A DNA stretch of 64,000 nt from an uncultured Eubacteriales bacterium (GCA_964556755.1 CAZKXI010000012.1:11683-75682), one strand, 5' to 3'. Positions 51,541 to 62,632 are shown, counted from the first letter of the stretch. Translations and numbers: made by a program. The notes: generated from the sequence alone by a model not told the origin.

Positions 51541-52674
51541 ATGGATTTCCGGCTCTACTTCAAGTCCCGTCAGGGCGAGCTGGTCGGGCTGCTCAAGGAG
51601 CTCGTCCAGCTCGAATCCCCCACGTCCGATAAGAAGGCCGTCGACGCCTGCGCGGCCCGGATCGTCGACCGTTTCAAGGCCTTGGGGGCCAAGACGACCC
51701 GGAAGCCGCAGACGGACGTCGGCGACTTCCACCTGGTGGAGTGGCCCGCGAAGGCCGCGGCCGGCGGCGAGCGGGCCCTTGTCTTAGCCCATGTCGACAC
51801 CGTCTGGCCGGTCGGACGCCTGGCCCGGATGCCCTTCTACGTCCAGGGCGACCGGATCTTCGGTCCGGGCGTCCTGGACATGAAGGCCGGCCTGGTTCTC
51901 GCCTACGCGGCGCTGCGGGCCCTCAGCGATCTGAACAAGACGCCGCGGCGCCGGATCGCCGTCTTCCTCAACTCCAGCGAGGAGGCCGGATGCCCGGCCG
52001 CTCACGAGGCCATCCGGGCCGAAGCCCGCCGTGCCGCGGCCGTCTACTGCCTGGAGCCGGCCCTGCCCGGAGGGGCGCTCAAGCTGCAGCGCAAGGGCCG
52101 GCTGGTCCTGCGGCTGGACTCCAGCGGGCGGGCGGCCCATGCCGCCCAGCCCGAGCGGGGCGTCAGCGCCGTCGAGGAGCTCATCGGCCAGCTGCGCGGC
52201 CTGGCCGGCCTGCGGAGCAAGGATATCAGCCTCAACATCGGCCGCCTCGGCGGGGGCGACAAGGCCAACGTCGTTCCCGACGCGGCCTGGGCCGAGCTCG
52301 ACTTCCGCTTTTGGACGACGGCTCAGAAGAAGAGGATCCTGACGGCGGCCCGCGAAGCGGGTCCCTCGGTCCGCGGAGCCAAGACCCGGGTCTCGGTCGT
52401 CAGCGAGACGCCCCCGATGGAGCGGAGCCCGGCCTCCGAGCGGCTCCTGGCGGAGGCCCGGGGCGTGGCCGCCTCCATGGGCCTGACCCTGGAGTCCGGG
52501 CGAGCCAACGGCGGATCCGACGGCTCGATCGCGGCGGCCGCCGGGGTCCCGGTCCTGGACGGACTGGGTCCGGACGGCGACGGGATCCATGCCGCGGGCG
52601 AGCACTGCCTCCTGTCCTCCCTGATCGAGCGGGCGGCCCTGCTGACGGCGCTTTTGGCCGAAGACGCAGGTTGA
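51541..52674 (+). CDS. M20-family peptidase (carboxypeptidase G2/ArgE/DapE-like)
   Basis: HVDTV...D...EE...H metal-binding pattern. Confidence 0.75.
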   Translation: MDFRLYFKSRQGELVGLLKELVQLESPTSDKKAVDACAARIVDRFKALGAKTTRKPQTDVGDFHLVEWPAKAAAGGERALVLAHVDTVWPVGRLARMPFYVQGDRIFGPGVLDMKAGLVLAYAALRALSDLNKTPRRRIAVFLNSSEEAGCPAAHEAIRAEARRAAAVYCLEPALPGGALKLQRKGRLVLRLDSSGRAAHAAQPERGVSAVEELIGQLRGLAGLRSKDISLNIGRLGGGDKANVVPDAAWAELDFRFWTTAQKKRILTAAREAGPSVRGAKTRVSVVSETPPMERSPASERLLAEARGVAASMGLTLESGRANGGSDGSIAAAAGVPVLDGLGPDGDGIHAAGEHCLLSSLIERAALLTALLAEDAG

Positions 52675-52780
52675 CAAACGTCTCTATTTCAGCCAAGATT
52701 AAGAGCCAAATGTCACATATGGGCCGGTTGAAAGGTCATATTTGTCCTTCCCGCGCCCCATCCCATCCTCAGGAGGAGCC

Positions 52781-53926
52781 ATGATCAAGAAGTACTACCT
52801 GCTCTCGCCCGGGCCTACGCCGGTGCCGGAGAACGTCCTGGCCGCGGCGGCCGAGCCGATCATCCACCACCGGACGCCGGAGTTCTCCAAGATCTTCATG
52901 GACACGACGGAGATGCTGAAGATGGTCTTCGGGACCAAGGAGGACCTCTTCATCCTGACCTCCTCGGGCACCGGGGCCATGGAGACCGCGGTCGTCAACA
53001 CCTTGTCCCCCGGCGACAAGGTCCTGACCCTCAACGCCGGCAAGTTCGGCGAGCGCTGGGGCAACATCTGCAAGGCCTACGGCATCGCCTACAAGGAGAT
53101 CGTGGTCGAGTGGGGCAAGGACTACCCCAAGGAGAAGCTGGAGGCCGAGCTCCGGGCCATGCCCGACTGCAAGGCCGTCTTCTGCCAGCTGTCCGAGACC
53201 TCGACCGGGGCCATCTTCGACATCCAGGGCTTCGGCGAGGTGGTCTCCAAGACCGACGCCATCCTGGTCGTGGACGGCATCTCGGGAACCGGGGCCACCC
53301 CCTGCCCGATGGACGAGTGGAAGATCGACCTGATGGTCTCGGGCTGCCAGAAGTCGTTCATGATCCCGCCCGGCCTGGCCTACATCGCCTTCGGTCCCAA
53401 GGCCTGGAAGATGGTCGAGACGGCCAAGTGTCCCAAGTTCTACTTCGACGCCAAGAAGGCCAAGAAGAACCTGGCCGACAAGACCACGCCCTGGACGCCG
53501 GCCGTGTCGCTGGTCATCCAGCAGAAGAAGGCCCTCGACATCATCGCCGGCATGGGGCTGGAGAAGCTCTTCGAGCATCACCGCATCCTCGGCGACGCCA
53601 CCCGGGCCGGGGTCAAGGCCCTGGGCCTGGAGCTTCTGTCCGAGCGGCCCGGCAACATCCTGACCGCGGTCAAGACGCCGGCCGGCCTGGAGGGCGGCAA
53701 GATCGTCAAGACCATGCAGAACAAGTACATGGCCTATATCGCCGGGGCCCAGGACCCGATGAAGGGCAAGTTCTTCCGCATCGCCCACCTCGGGTACATG
53801 GGCGGCTTCGATATCGTCACCGCCCTGACCGCCCTGGAGATGACCCTGGCCGACCTGGGCTACGCCTTCGAGCCCGGCGTCTCGATCAAGGCGGCCGAGC
53901 CGATCCTGCGCGGGAGCTGGTCATGA
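52781..53926 (+). CDS. serC: Class V aminotransferase (phosphoserine/serine-glyoxylate aminotransferase-like)
   Basis: SPGPTPVP N-terminus and a PLP-lysine region. GGAGGA RBS. Followed by a serA-like gene with an ATGA overlap. Confidence 0.75.
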   Translation: MIKKYYLLSPGPTPVPENVLAAAAEPIIHHRTPEFSKIFMDTTEMLKMVFGTKEDLFILTSSGTGAMETAVVNTLSPGDKVLTLNAGKFGERWGNICKAYGIAYKEIVVEWGKDYPKEKLEAELRAMPDCKAVFCQLSETSTGAIFDIQGFGEVVSKTDAILVVDGISGTGATPCPMDEWKIDLMVSGCQKSFMIPPGLAYIAFGPKAWKMVETAKCPKFYFDAKKAKKNLADKTTPWTPAVSLVIQQKKALDIIAGMGLEKLFEHHRILGDATRAGVKALGLELLSERPGNILTAVKTPAGLEGGKIVKTMQNKYMAYIAGAQDPMKGKFFRIAHLGYMGGFDIVTALTALEMTLADLGYAFEPGVSIKAAEPILRGSWS

Positions 53927-54822
53927 AGAAGATCCTCATCGCCGACGCCCTGGACAAGGAGGCGATCGGGCAGCTCCAGGCCGTGCCCGGTTTCGAGGTC
54001 ACGGTCAAGACCGGCCTGGACGAGGCCGCCCTCGTTCAGACCATCCCCGGCTTCAACGCCGTCGTCGTCCGCAGCGCGACCAAGATCACTCGGCCGGTCA
54101 TCGAGGCCTCCGCCGGCCTCGAGATCGTGGTCCGGGCCGGCATCGGGCTGGACAACGTCGACTCCGCGGCCGCCAAGGCCAAGGGCGTCACCGTGGCCAA
54201 CACGCCCTCGGCCACGACGATCTCGGTGGCCGAGTACACCTTCGGGCTGATGCTGGCCGCGGTTCGTCAGCAGGGCCGGGCCAACGTGGGCATGAAGCAG
54301 CACAAGTGGGAGAAGAAGGCCCTGCACGGGACCGAGCTGTACGGCAAGACCCTGGGCCTCGTCGGGGCCGGCCGCATCGGCCTGGCCGTGGCCCAGCGGG
54401 CTCTGGCCTTCGGCATGACCGTCCTGGCCTACGACGTGATCCCGGTCAAGACGGAGCTGGCCGTCCGCCAGGTGCCCCTGGACGAGCTCCTCGCCGCCGC
54501 CGACGTCATCACCTTGCACGTGCCCAAGACCCAGGGCGCGCTCCTCGGCCCGGCCGAGTTCGCCCGGATGAAGGACGGCGTCATCCTGGTCAACGCCGCC
54601 CGCGGCGGCGTCGTCGACGAGACGGCCCTCCTGGCCGCTCTCAACAGCGGCAAGGTCCGAGCCGCGGCCCTGGACGTCTTCGCCAAGGAGCCGCCCGAGG
54701 ACTGGACGCTCGTCGACCATGTGAACGTCGTCGCCGCCCCCCACATCGCTTCCCAGGCCGAGGAGGGCCAGAAGCGGGCCGGGCTGGAAGTCGTTCGCAT
54801 TCTCAAAGAAAAGCTGGCCTGA
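53923..54822 (+). CDS. serA: D-3-phosphoglycerate dehydrogenase-like 2-hydroxyacid dehydrogenase (short form)
   Basis: [12 protein letters not shown] motif and a catalytic R...E...H arrangement. Confidence 0.8.
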   Translation: MKKILIADALDKEAIGQLQAVPGFEVTVKTGLDEAALVQTIPGFNAVVVRSATKITRPVIEASAGLEIVVRAGIGLDNVDSAAAKAKGVTVANTPSATTISVAEYTFGLMLAAVRQQGRANVGMKQHKWEKKALHGTELYGKTLGLVGAGRIGLAVAQRALAFGMTVLAYDVIPVKTELAVRQVPLDELLAAADVITLHVPKTQGALLGPAEFARMKDGVILVNAARGGVVDETALLAALNSGKVRAAALDVFAKEPPEDWTLVDHVNVVAAPHIASQAEEGQKRAGLEVVRILKEKLA

Positions 54823-54845
54823 CGGCCGGCGGCCGCCTCCCTTTC

Positions 54846-54894
54846 GGCGGCGGGACGACGGAGCCGCCTCCGTCCTCCCGCCGCCTTTTTTTTG
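54846..54894 (+). terminator. Intrinsic terminator after serA
   Basis: A 17-bp near-perfect stem, GGCGGCGGGACGACGGA...TCCGTCCTCCCGCCGCC, followed by TTTTTTTT. Confidence 0.7.
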
Positions 54895-55019
54895 CTCTTC
54901 GCCCAATTTCCGGGAGGCGGGCGACGCGCGATCAGGCTTCTTCCTATCGGAATAGTATTTTTTAACTGCTTTCGGCTATAATGAAGCCCCGGCCCCGCGG
55001 CCGCGAAAGCGAGAACGAG

Positions 55020-56183
55020 ATGGTCTACTTCGACAACAACGCCACGACCCCGCTGGATCCCCGCGTGATCGAGCGGATGTCCGCCTTCATGCGCGACCAG
55101 TTCGGCAATCCCTCCTCGCTCTACCCCATCGGCCGCCAAGCCAAGGAGAGCCTGCACGAAGCCCGCCAGCACGTGGCCCGGGCCCTCGGCGCGGCCGTCG
55201 GCGACATCACCTTCACCGGCTCGGGGACCGAGTCCGACAACCTGGCCCTGCTCGGCGTCCTGGAGGCCCGGCCCGACCGCCCCGAGCTGGTCGTCTCGGC
55301 CATCGAGCATCCGGCCGTCCAGGAGACGGCCGTCTACTGCGAGCGGAGGGGGATCAAGGTGACGGTCGTGCCCGTCGACCGCTTCGGCACGATCGACCGC
55401 GAGGCTCTGGATCGGGCGGTTACCGGCCGGACGGCTTTGGTCTCCGTCATGCACGCCAACAACGAGATCGGGACGATCCAGCCGATCCGCGAGATCGCGG
55501 ATCTGGCCCACGCCCGGGGGGCGCTGGTCCACACCGACGCCGTCCAGTCCTTCGGCAAGATCGCCGTCGACGTGGAGGCCCTGGGCGTGGACCTGCTGAC
55601 CGTCTCGAGCCACAAGATCTACGGCCCCAAGGGCGTCGGGGCCCTCTATGTCCGCAAGGGAACGCCCCTTCTCCCCTTCGTCCACGGCGGCCACCAGGAG
55701 CGGGGCCTGCGGGCCGGAACCGAGAACACCATCGGCATCGTCGGCTTCGGCGAAGCGGCCCGCATCCTGCCCGAGGCCATGGCTCAGGACAAGCCCCGCC
55801 TGACGGCCCTGGCCGCCCGCTTGCGGGCCGGCCTGGAGCAGCGGATCGCCAAGATCCATCTCAACGGCCATCCCACGGACCGGGTCCCGACCACCTTGAG
55901 CTACGCCATCCTGGGACTGGAGGCCGAAGCGGTCCTGCTCGGCCTGGCCACCCAGGGCATCAGCGTCTCGACCGGATCCGCCTGCAGCGAGGACTCCGAC
56001 GACGTCTCCCACGTCCTCAAGGCCATCGGGCTGAGGCCCGAGTTCGCCCGGTCGACCGTCCGCCTCTCGCTCGGCCGCTTCAACACGGAGGCGGACGTCG
56101 ACACCGCCCTGGACGTCATCCCCGGCATGGTCGAGAAGCTGCGCCGTATCTCGGCCTGGGATCCCGAGGAGATCGGGTCATGA
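55020..56183 (+). CDS. iscS: Cysteine desulfurase (NifS/IscS family)
   Basis: The SSHKIYGPKG PLP-lysine and the catalytic GSAC loop are present. A TATAAT -10 lies upstream. Confidence 0.9.
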   Translation: MVYFDNNATTPLDPRVIERMSAFMRDQFGNPSSLYPIGRQAKESLHEARQHVARALGAAVGDITFTGSGTESDNLALLGVLEARPDRPELVVSAIEHPAVQETAVYCERRGIKVTVVPVDRFGTIDREALDRAVTGRTALVSVMHANNEIGTIQPIREIADLAHARGALVHTDAVQSFGKIAVDVEALGVDLLTVSSHKIYGPKGVGALYVRKGTPLLPFVHGGHQERGLRAGTENTIGIVGFGEAARILPEAMAQDKPRLTALAARLRAGLEQRIAKIHLNGHPTDRVPTTLSYAILGLEAEAVLLGLATQGISVSTGSACSEDSDDVSHVLKAIGLRPEFARSTVRLSLGRFNTEADVDTALDVIPGMVEKLRRISAWDPEEIGS

Positions 56184-57064
56184 GCGCCGCCATCCTGGAG
56201 CTGGCCCGGTCCCGGACCGTCCTGCTGGATGGAGGCATGGGGACGGAGCTGATGAAGAGGGGGCTCCCCCAGGGCCTCTGCCCCGAGCTCTGGAACGTCG
56301 AGAACCCGGCCGCCGTGCGCGATATGCACGCTTCCTACTTCGCGGCCGGATCGGACGCGGTCACCACGAACTCCTTCGGCGGTCACCCCCTCAAATTGGA
56401 GGCCTTCGGGCTGCGCCCCCGGACCGCCGAGCTCAATGCGGCCGCCGCCGCCAACGTTGCGGCGGCCAGGCCCGCCGGACGCTTCGTCGCCGGAAGCTTG
56501 GGACCGACGGGTCAGCTCCTCAAGCCCGATGGCGAGCACACCGAGGCCGAGTTCGAGTCCGGCTTCGCCGAGCAGGCGGCCGCCCTGGCCGCCGGCGGGG
56601 CGGACGTCCTGATCGTCGAGACGATGTTCGACCTGCGCGAAGCCCTGACCGCCGTGCGCGGTGCCCTGGCGGCCTCCGCCGGGCGGCCGGTCTTCGCGAC
56701 CATGACTTTCACCAAGACTCGCCGCGGCTTCTTCACCATGATGGGCGATCCCCTGGCCGCCTCCATGGCCGCGCTGGAGAGAGCCGGCGCCTCGGCGGTA
56801 GGGGCCAACTGCACTCTGACCTCCGCCGACATGATCGGTCTGGCCGGCGAGCTGCGTGCGGCCACGGACTTGCCGCTCATCATCCAGCCGAACGCGGGCC
56901 GGCCCGGCGTCGACGGCCAGGGCGGATTAGCCTATGCTCAAACGGCCGCGGAGTTCGCCGCCGACATGAAGGCCATCGCCGACGCCGGAGTGGGCTTTCT
57001 GGGCGGCTGCTGCGGCACGACCCCCGACTCGATCCGCGGCCTGGCCGCCCTTCTCGGACGCTGA
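56180..57064 (+). CDS. Homocysteine S-methyltransferase (Hcy-binding) domain protein, standalone
   Basis: pfam02574-like. DGGMGTEL and the C-terminal GGCCGTTP zinc-binding motif. It overlaps the nifS stop with ATGA. Confidence 0.8.
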   Translation: MSAAILELARSRTVLLDGGMGTELMKRGLPQGLCPELWNVENPAAVRDMHASYFAAGSDAVTTNSFGGHPLKLEAFGLRPRTAELNAAAAANVAAARPAGRFVAGSLGPTGQLLKPDGEHTEAEFESGFAEQAAALAAGGADVLIVETMFDLREALTAVRGALAASAGRPVFATMTFTKTRRGFFTMMGDPLAASMAALERAGASAVGANCTLTSADMIGLAGELRAATDLPLIIQPNAGRPGVDGQGGLAYAQTAAEFAADMKAIADAGVGFLGGCCGTTPDSIRGLAALLGR

Positions 57065-57078
57065 CGGCTCTCCCGGGG

Positions 57079-57615
57079 CTAGAGCGCCTTCAGCTCGGCC
57101 AGGTATCCGCGCCGGACTTCCAAAAAGAAGGCCTGGTAGCCCTCTTGGGCGTAGTCGGGGTAGGTCCAGTCCAAGAGCCGGATGCCCGTCCGGGTGAAGA
57201 GGAATTCCAGGTGGGCGTAGATGCCATCCGCCAAGGGGATGCGATGGGAGAAATCCTTGGCCGTGGCCATGATAAGGGCCGCCCGGGTCAGGTATCCGGG
57301 GTCGATGTTGACGGGTCGCCGCGGCGAGCCGAGAAGGCGCCGGATTGTCTCCTCCAACGCGTTGCTGCGGATCTTGAGGCCGGACAGCCCCTCGGGTCCG
57401 ACGAGTCCGGCGAAGCTGAGAAAACGCCTCTTCAATCCCGGCCCCATCTCGGGGACATAGTAGTCGGTCGCGGTGAACTCGAAGGTCGGGCTGCGCCTCT
57501 CGACCTGGCCCAGCATCTCGACCAGGCCCGACTCGGCCGCCCGGAAAGCCGCTTCGTCCGCAGCGATCAGCCCGCAGACGGGCTTGACCGGGAGGAAGGG
57601 TCGGGGATAAGCCAT
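57079..57615 (-). CDS. DUF4416-family protein
   Basis: Resembles DUF4416. The start is uncertain. Confidence 0.45.
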   Translation of the reverse strand: MAYPRPFLPVKPVCGLIAADEAAFRAAESGLVEMLGQVERRSPTFEFTATDYYVPEMGPGLKRRFLSFAGLVGPEGLSGLKIRSNALEETIRRLLGSPRRPVNIDPGYLTRAALIMATAKDFSHRIPLADGIYAHLEFLFTRTGIRLLDWTYPDYAQEGYQAFFLEVRRGYLAELKAL

Positions 57616-57734
57616 GGCTCCAAGGTAGACCAACTCCGGCCGCCGGTCAAACCGGCTCTTCAGGGGGCTTCGGGCGATTGCGCGCCCGCGGCGGTTGGCC
57701 TATAATGGACTGACTTTTCCCGAGGAAACGCGCC

Positions 57735-59027
57735 ATGAAATGGGTCTATGTCGAAGACATCGCCGCCTTCAAGGACCAGGACGTCGAGATCCGCGGCTGG
57801 GTCTACAACAAGACGTCGATGGGCAAGGTCCGCTTCATCCTGGTCCGCGACGGCACCGGGATCATCCAGGCCACGGCCTTCGGCCGGGACGGATCGAATC
57901 CCCTCTTCGCTTCCTTCGACGCCCTGACCCAGGAGTCGTCGCTCATCGTCCGCGGCCGGGTCCGCGAGGACAAGCGGGCCCCGGGTGGATACGAGCTCAG
58001 CCTGTCCGAGATCAGGATCCTCCAGGTGGCTCAGGACTACCCCATCACGCCCAAGGAGCACACGACGCCCTTCCTGATGGAGCACCGCCACCTCTGGCTG
58101 CGCTCCAGCAAGCAGCACGCCGTGCTCCAGGTCCGGGCCGAGGTGGTCAAGGCCATCCGCAACTTCTTCGACGACCGCGGCTTCCGTCTGATGGACACGC
58201 CGATCCTGACGCCCAGCGCCTGCGAAGGCACGACGACGCTCTTCGAGACCAAGTACTTCGACCAAGCCGCCTACCTCAGCCAGAGCGGCCAGCTCTACAA
58301 CGAGGCCACGGCGGCCGCCTTCGGCAAGGTCTACTGCTTCGGGCCGGCCTTCCGGGCCGAGAAGTCCAAGACCCGCCGCCATCTGATCGAGTTCTGGATG
58401 GTCGAGCCCGAAGTCGCCTTCGCCGAGATGGAGGACGTCGTGGCCCTGGGGACCGACTTGGTCCTGTTCATCATCGAGCGCGTCCTGGCCCGCCGCCGGG
58501 CCGAGCTGGACATCCTGGAGCGCGACCTCAAGCCGCTGGAGGCGATCGCCGGCCCGTTCCCCCGCTTCACCTACGACGAGATCGTGCCCCGGCTCCAGGA
58601 GAAGGGCTCGGCCATGGCCTACGGCGACGATTTCGGAGCGCCTGAGGAGACGATCCTCTCGAGCCTCTCGGAGAATCCCGTCCTGATCACCCACTTCCCC
58701 GCCGCCATCAAGGCCTTCTACATGCAGCCCGACGAGGCCCGCCCCGACCTGGCCCTGGGGGTGGACTTCATGGCCCCCGAGGGGTATGGCGAGATCATCG
58801 GCGGCGGGCAGCGGATCCACGATCTGGATCTCTTGGAGCGCCGCATCCGGGAGGCCGGCCTCCCCCGCGAGGCCTACCAGTGGTACATCGACCTGCGCAA
58901 GTACGGCTCGTGTCCCCACTCGGGATTCGGCCTGGGGGTGGAGCGGGTCGTCTCCTGGATGTGCGGCATCCGCCATATCCGCGAGACGATTCCCTTCCCG
59001 CGGCTGCTCTACCGGATCTATCCGTGA
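57735..59027 (+). CDS. asnS: Asparagine--tRNA ligase
   Basis: OB-fold N-domain and class II motifs ([13 protein letters not shown]). 430 aa. Confidence 0.9.
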   Translation: MKWVYVEDIAAFKDQDVEIRGWVYNKTSMGKVRFILVRDGTGIIQATAFGRDGSNPLFASFDALTQESSLIVRGRVREDKRAPGGYELSLSEIRILQVAQDYPITPKEHTTPFLMEHRHLWLRSSKQHAVLQVRAEVVKAIRNFFDDRGFRLMDTPILTPSACEGTTTLFETKYFDQAAYLSQSGQLYNEATAAAFGKVYCFGPAFRAEKSKTRRHLIEFWMVEPEVAFAEMEDVVALGTDLVLFIIERVLARRRAELDILERDLKPLEAIAGPFPRFTYDEIVPRLQEKGSAMAYGDDFGAPEETILSSLSENPVLITHFPAAIKAFYMQPDEARPDLALGVDFMAPEGYGEIIGGGQRIHDLDLLERRIREAGLPREAYQWYIDLRKYGSCPHSGFGLGVERVVSWMCGIRHIRETIPFPRLLYRIYP

Positions 59028-60358
59028 GCGGCACCGTCTCGCTGATCACCTTCGGCTGCGCCAAGAACCTCGTCGACAGCGAGGTCATGCTCGGCCTTCT
59101 GGCCGAGGCCGGGTACCGCCCGGTCCCCGATCCCGAGCGGGCCGACGTCGTCGTGCTCAACACTTGCGGATTTCTCCGCGCCTCGCGCACCGAGGCCGAG
59201 TCCGCCCTCGCCGAAGCCTTGGCCCGGAAGGCCCGCCGCGGCGGCCGCGTCGTCGCGGCCGGCTGCTGCGTCCAGCGCTATGGAGCCGATCTGCGCCGCC
59301 GCTTTCCGGGAGTGGACGCCTGGCTCGGAGTCGCCGACATCGGTCAGATCGCGGCCGCGGTCCGCGGGACGCCCTTCCGCCCGGGCCGGCGGGCGTTCCT
59401 GGCCGGCTCCGAAGCGCCGCGCCGGCTCTCGACTCCCGCGGCCTGGGCCTATCTGAAGGTCTCCGAGGGCTGCTCGCACGCCTGCGCCTTCTGCGCCATC
59501 CCGGCCATCAAGGGACCTTACCGCTCCCGCTCCGCGGCCTCCATAGTCCGGGAAGCGGAGGGCCTGGTCGCCCGGGGCGTTCGCGAGATCATCCTGGTCT
59601 CCCAGGACACCACCTTCTTCGGCCGCGACCGCGGCCGGCGGGGCGGTCTGGCGGCGCTTCTGCGCCGCCTGGGACGGATCGAAGGCTTGGCTTGGATCCG
59701 ATTCCTCTACGGCTACCCCGAGGAGATCGACGACGACCTGTTGGAGGCCATGGCCGGGCCCAAGGTCTGCCGCTACCTGGACATCCCTTTCCAGCACGCC
59801 GACCCGAAGATCGTCAAGGCCATGGGCCGGACCTTCCCGGCGGAGCGGGCCCTGCGGACGATCGAAAGAATCCGGCGCCGCCTGCCGGGGGTGTCGCTCC
59901 GCACGTCCCTCATCGTCGGATTTCCGGGAGAGGGCCGGCGCGAGTTCGATGGGCTTATGGCCTTCGTCCGCGAGGCCGCCTTCGACCATCTGGGCGTCTT
60001 CCCCTATTCGCGCGAGGAGGGCACGGCGGCCTGGGGCCTGGGCGATCCGGTGCCCGCGCCCGTCAAGCGGCGCCGCCTGGAGCGGATCTTGAAGCTTCAA
60101 GCCGGCATCTCCGCCGGGGCCCTGGCCGCGCAGGTCGGGCGCAGGGTCGAGGCGATGATCGAAGGAGCCTGGGCCTCCGGCCCGGGCTTCCTGGTCGGCC
60201 GGACCCGCGCCCAGGCCCCCGAGGTGGATGGCGTCGTCCTCGTCGAGCGTCCGGCCGGCTGGAGCCCGCACCGTCGTCCCCTGGTCGAGGTTGAAATCAC
60301 CGCGGCCGACGTGTATGATCTGCACGGTCGGATCGCATCCCCGAGACCCACCCGCTGA
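59024..60358 (+). CDS. rimO: Ribosomal protein S12 methylthiotransferase RimO (radical SAM MTTase)
   Basis: MTTase N-domain (ITFGCAKN), radical SAM CxxxCxxC (CSHACAFC) and a TRAM domain. GTG start overlapping the asnS stop (GTGA). Confidence 0.85.
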   Translation: MSGTVSLITFGCAKNLVDSEVMLGLLAEAGYRPVPDPERADVVVLNTCGFLRASRTEAESALAEALARKARRGGRVVAAGCCVQRYGADLRRRFPGVDAWLGVADIGQIAAAVRGTPFRPGRRAFLAGSEAPRRLSTPAAWAYLKVSEGCSHACAFCAIPAIKGPYRSRSAASIVREAEGLVARGVREIILVSQDTTFFGRDRGRRGGLAALLRRLGRIEGLAWIRFLYGYPEEIDDDLLEAMAGPKVCRYLDIPFQHADPKIVKAMGRTFPAERALRTIERIRRRLPGVSLRTSLIVGFPGEGRREFDGLMAFVREAAFDHLGVFPYSREEGTAAWGLGDPVPAPVKRRRLERILKLQAGISAGALAAQVGRRVEAMIEGAWASGPGFLVGRTRAQAPEVDGVVLVERPAGWSPHRRPLVEVEITAADVYDLHGRIASPRPTR

Positions 60359-60399
60359 GCGCCGGACGCGGGACTCCGTCTCGGGAGCGAAGGGAGAGC

Positions 60400-60846
60400 A
60401 TGGACATCAGCCGGGTGGCCGCCACGTTCTTGGGAGCCGGGCATTTTCCCGTCGCGCCGGGAACGTTCGCCAGCCTCCTGGCGGCCCTTGTCCATGCCTT
60501 TCTCCTGGTCCGCCTGCCCCTGGCCGGGCGGATCGCGATCATCGCCGGGACGTTCCTCCTCGGCGTGGCCGCCTCGTCCGCCGCGGCCCGGTCCTTCGGC
60601 CTCAAGGACCCGCGTCCGGTCGTCATCGACGAGGTGGTCGGTCAGTGGGCGGCTCTGCTCCTGGCTCCCGCGTCATGGATCCCCCTCCTCCTGGGATTCC
60701 TGCTCTTCCGCCTCTTCGATATCCTCAAGCCCCTGGGCATCAGGAAGATCGAGTCCCTGCCTTCCGGCTGGGGCATCATGGCCGATGACATGGCCGCCGG
60801 CCTCGTCTCCCTGGCTCTCCTGCAAGCCCTCCGTCCCCTCCTATGA
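60400..60846 (+). CDS. pgpA: Phosphatidylglycerophosphatase A
   Basis: PgpA family, 148 aa (GTFASL, DEVVGQ). Confidence 0.85.
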   Translation: MDISRVAATFLGAGHFPVAPGTFASLLAALVHAFLLVRLPLAGRIAIIAGTFLLGVAASSAAARSFGLKDPRPVVIDEVVGQWAALLLAPASWIPLLLGFLLFRLFDILKPLGIRKIESLPSGWGIMADDMAAGLVSLALLQALRPLL

Positions 60847-62060
60847 AGATCGAGATCATCGCCGTCGGCACCGAGCTTCTCTCGACCCGCTTCCGGGACA
60901 CCAACTCCCTCTACCTGACCGACCGTCTCGCCGAGCTGGGCTTGGCCGTCTCCCGGCGGACGATCGTCGGCGATCAGGGCGCCGGCTTGGAGGACAGCCT
61001 GCGGCGGGCCCTGAGCTTCTCGGACCTGGTCCTGGTCAGCGGAGGCCTGGGTCCCACGGGCGATGATCTGACCCGGGAGGCGGCCGCAGCCGCCTTGGGC
61101 CGCGGTCTGGTCTACCGCCCCGATCTCCTGGCGGCCATGGAGAGCCGCTTTCTCCTCAGGGGACGGGCCATGCCCGAGCCCAACCGCCGCCAGGCCTGGA
61201 TCGTGGAGGGGGCCGAGGTCCTGGCGAATGCCGCCGGCACGGCCCCGGGCCAGTGGATCGAGGCCGATCGCCGCTATCTCGTCCTCCTGCCCGGGCCCCC
61301 GCCCGAGCTGCGGAGCGTCTTCGAAGGCGGCGTCGTCTCGCGCCTGTCCCCATGGGCCCGCCCCGGTCTCGCGAGAACGGTCATCCGCTCGACCGGGCTG
61401 GCGGAGTCCGAGGTCGAAGCCCGCATCGAGGGTCTCTACCCGGAATCGGAGGAATCCGTCCTGACCGTCCTGGCCTCGCCCGGGCGAGTCGATATCCACC
61501 TCGCGGCCGACTCCTCCCCCCTCCTCGAGGAATGGGCGGGGCGAATCCGAGAGCGCCTCGGCCCGGCCGTCTACGGCGGCGACGGCGTCGAGCTCGAGGA
61601 TGTCGTCATCGATCGGCTGATCCGGATCGGATCGACCCTGGCCACGGCCGAGTCCTGCACCGGCGGGCTTCTGGCCCACCGGCTGACCAATGTGCCCGGC
61701 AGCTCCCGGGCTTTCCTGGGGGGCTATGTGGCCTACGGCAACGGAGCCAAGATTCGCGACTTGGGTCTGGATGCGGGCCTGATCTCAAGTCGCGGCGCCG
61801 TCAGCGAGGAGGCGGCCCGGGCCATGGCGGCCGGGGCCCGCGCGCGGATGGGCTCGGATTGGGCCCTGGCCCTGACCGGCATCGCGGGGCCGGACGGAGG
61901 GACGCCCGACAAGCCGGTCGGGCTCGTCCATATCGCCCTGGCCGGCCCCGGGGGGACGGAAGCCGAGAGACGGGTCTTTCTGGGCCGCCGCGACGCTGTC
62001 AAGACGCAGTCCAGCCAGCGGGCTCTCGACATGCTCCGCTTGCGGCTGAGGGACCTTTAA
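60843..62060 (+). CDS. cinA: CinA-family protein (NMN amidohydrolase PncC domain + MocF-like N-domain)
   Basis: N-terminal MoaB/MogA-like domain and a C-terminal CinA domain. ATGA overlap with pgpA. Confidence 0.85.
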   Translation: MKIEIIAVGTELLSTRFRDTNSLYLTDRLAELGLAVSRRTIVGDQGAGLEDSLRRALSFSDLVLVSGGLGPTGDDLTREAAAAALGRGLVYRPDLLAAMESRFLLRGRAMPEPNRRQAWIVEGAEVLANAAGTAPGQWIEADRRYLVLLPGPPPELRSVFEGGVVSRLSPWARPGLARTVIRSTGLAESEVEARIEGLYPESEESVLTVLASPGRVDIHLAADSSPLLEEWAGRIRERLGPAVYGGDGVELEDVVIDRLIRIGSTLATAESCTGGLLAHRLTNVPGSSRAFLGGYVAYGNGAKIRDLGLDAGLISSRGAVSEEAARAMAAGARARMGSDWALALTGIAGPDGGTPDKPVGLVHIALAGPGGTEAERRVFLGRRDAVKTQSSQRALDMLRLRLRDL

Positions 62061-62071
62061 GGAGCCGGGCC

Positions 62072-62632
62072 ATGCGCGCCTTCATCGCCATCGATCTTGA
62101 GCCGGCCATCAAGGCCACCCTGGCCGATTTCATCCGCCGGCTGCGCAAGATCAACGACCGCGACGTCTCCTGGTCGCAGCCCGAGGGACTGCATCTGACC
62201 CTCAAGTTCCTCGGCGAGATCCACTCGGCCAAGGAGGCCGAAGTCAGGCAGGCGCTGACCTCGATCACGGGACCGGCCGGCCGCTTCCCCCTGGTCCTCA
62301 AGGGGACCGGCGCCTTCCCGGCCGGCTCCAAGTTCATCCGGGTGCTCTGGGCCGGCGTCTTCGAACAGCCGACCCTGATGAACCTGCACCGGGAGATCGA
62401 CTTCGCCATGGGCCGCTTGGGCTTCATCACCGAGAGCCATCCCTTCCACCCCCACCTGACCTTGGGCCGGGTCCGGACGGCTCTCCGGCTGCATGAGGTC
62501 CTGGATGAGCTGGAGCGCTACAAGTACTCCGACTTCGGGCAGATGACGGCGACCAAGGTGACGCTGTTCGAGAGCCGGCTTCAGCCGGCCGGGGCCGTCT
62601 ACCGGATCGTCGAGGAGTTCCCCCTGACATGA
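62072..62632 (+). CDS. thpR: RNA 2',3'-cyclic phosphodiesterase (2H phosphoesterase, ThpR/LigT)
   Basis: Two H-x-T-x motifs (HLTLKF, HLTLGR). Confidence 0.8.
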   Translation: MRAFIAIDLEPAIKATLADFIRRLRKINDRDVSWSQPEGLHLTLKFLGEIHSAKEAEVRQALTSITGPAGRFPLVLKGTGAFPAGSKFIRVLWAGVFEQPTLMNLHREIDFAMGRLGFITESHPFHPHLTLGRVRTALRLHEVLDELERYKYSDFGQMTATKVTLFESRLQPAGAVYRIVEEFPLT

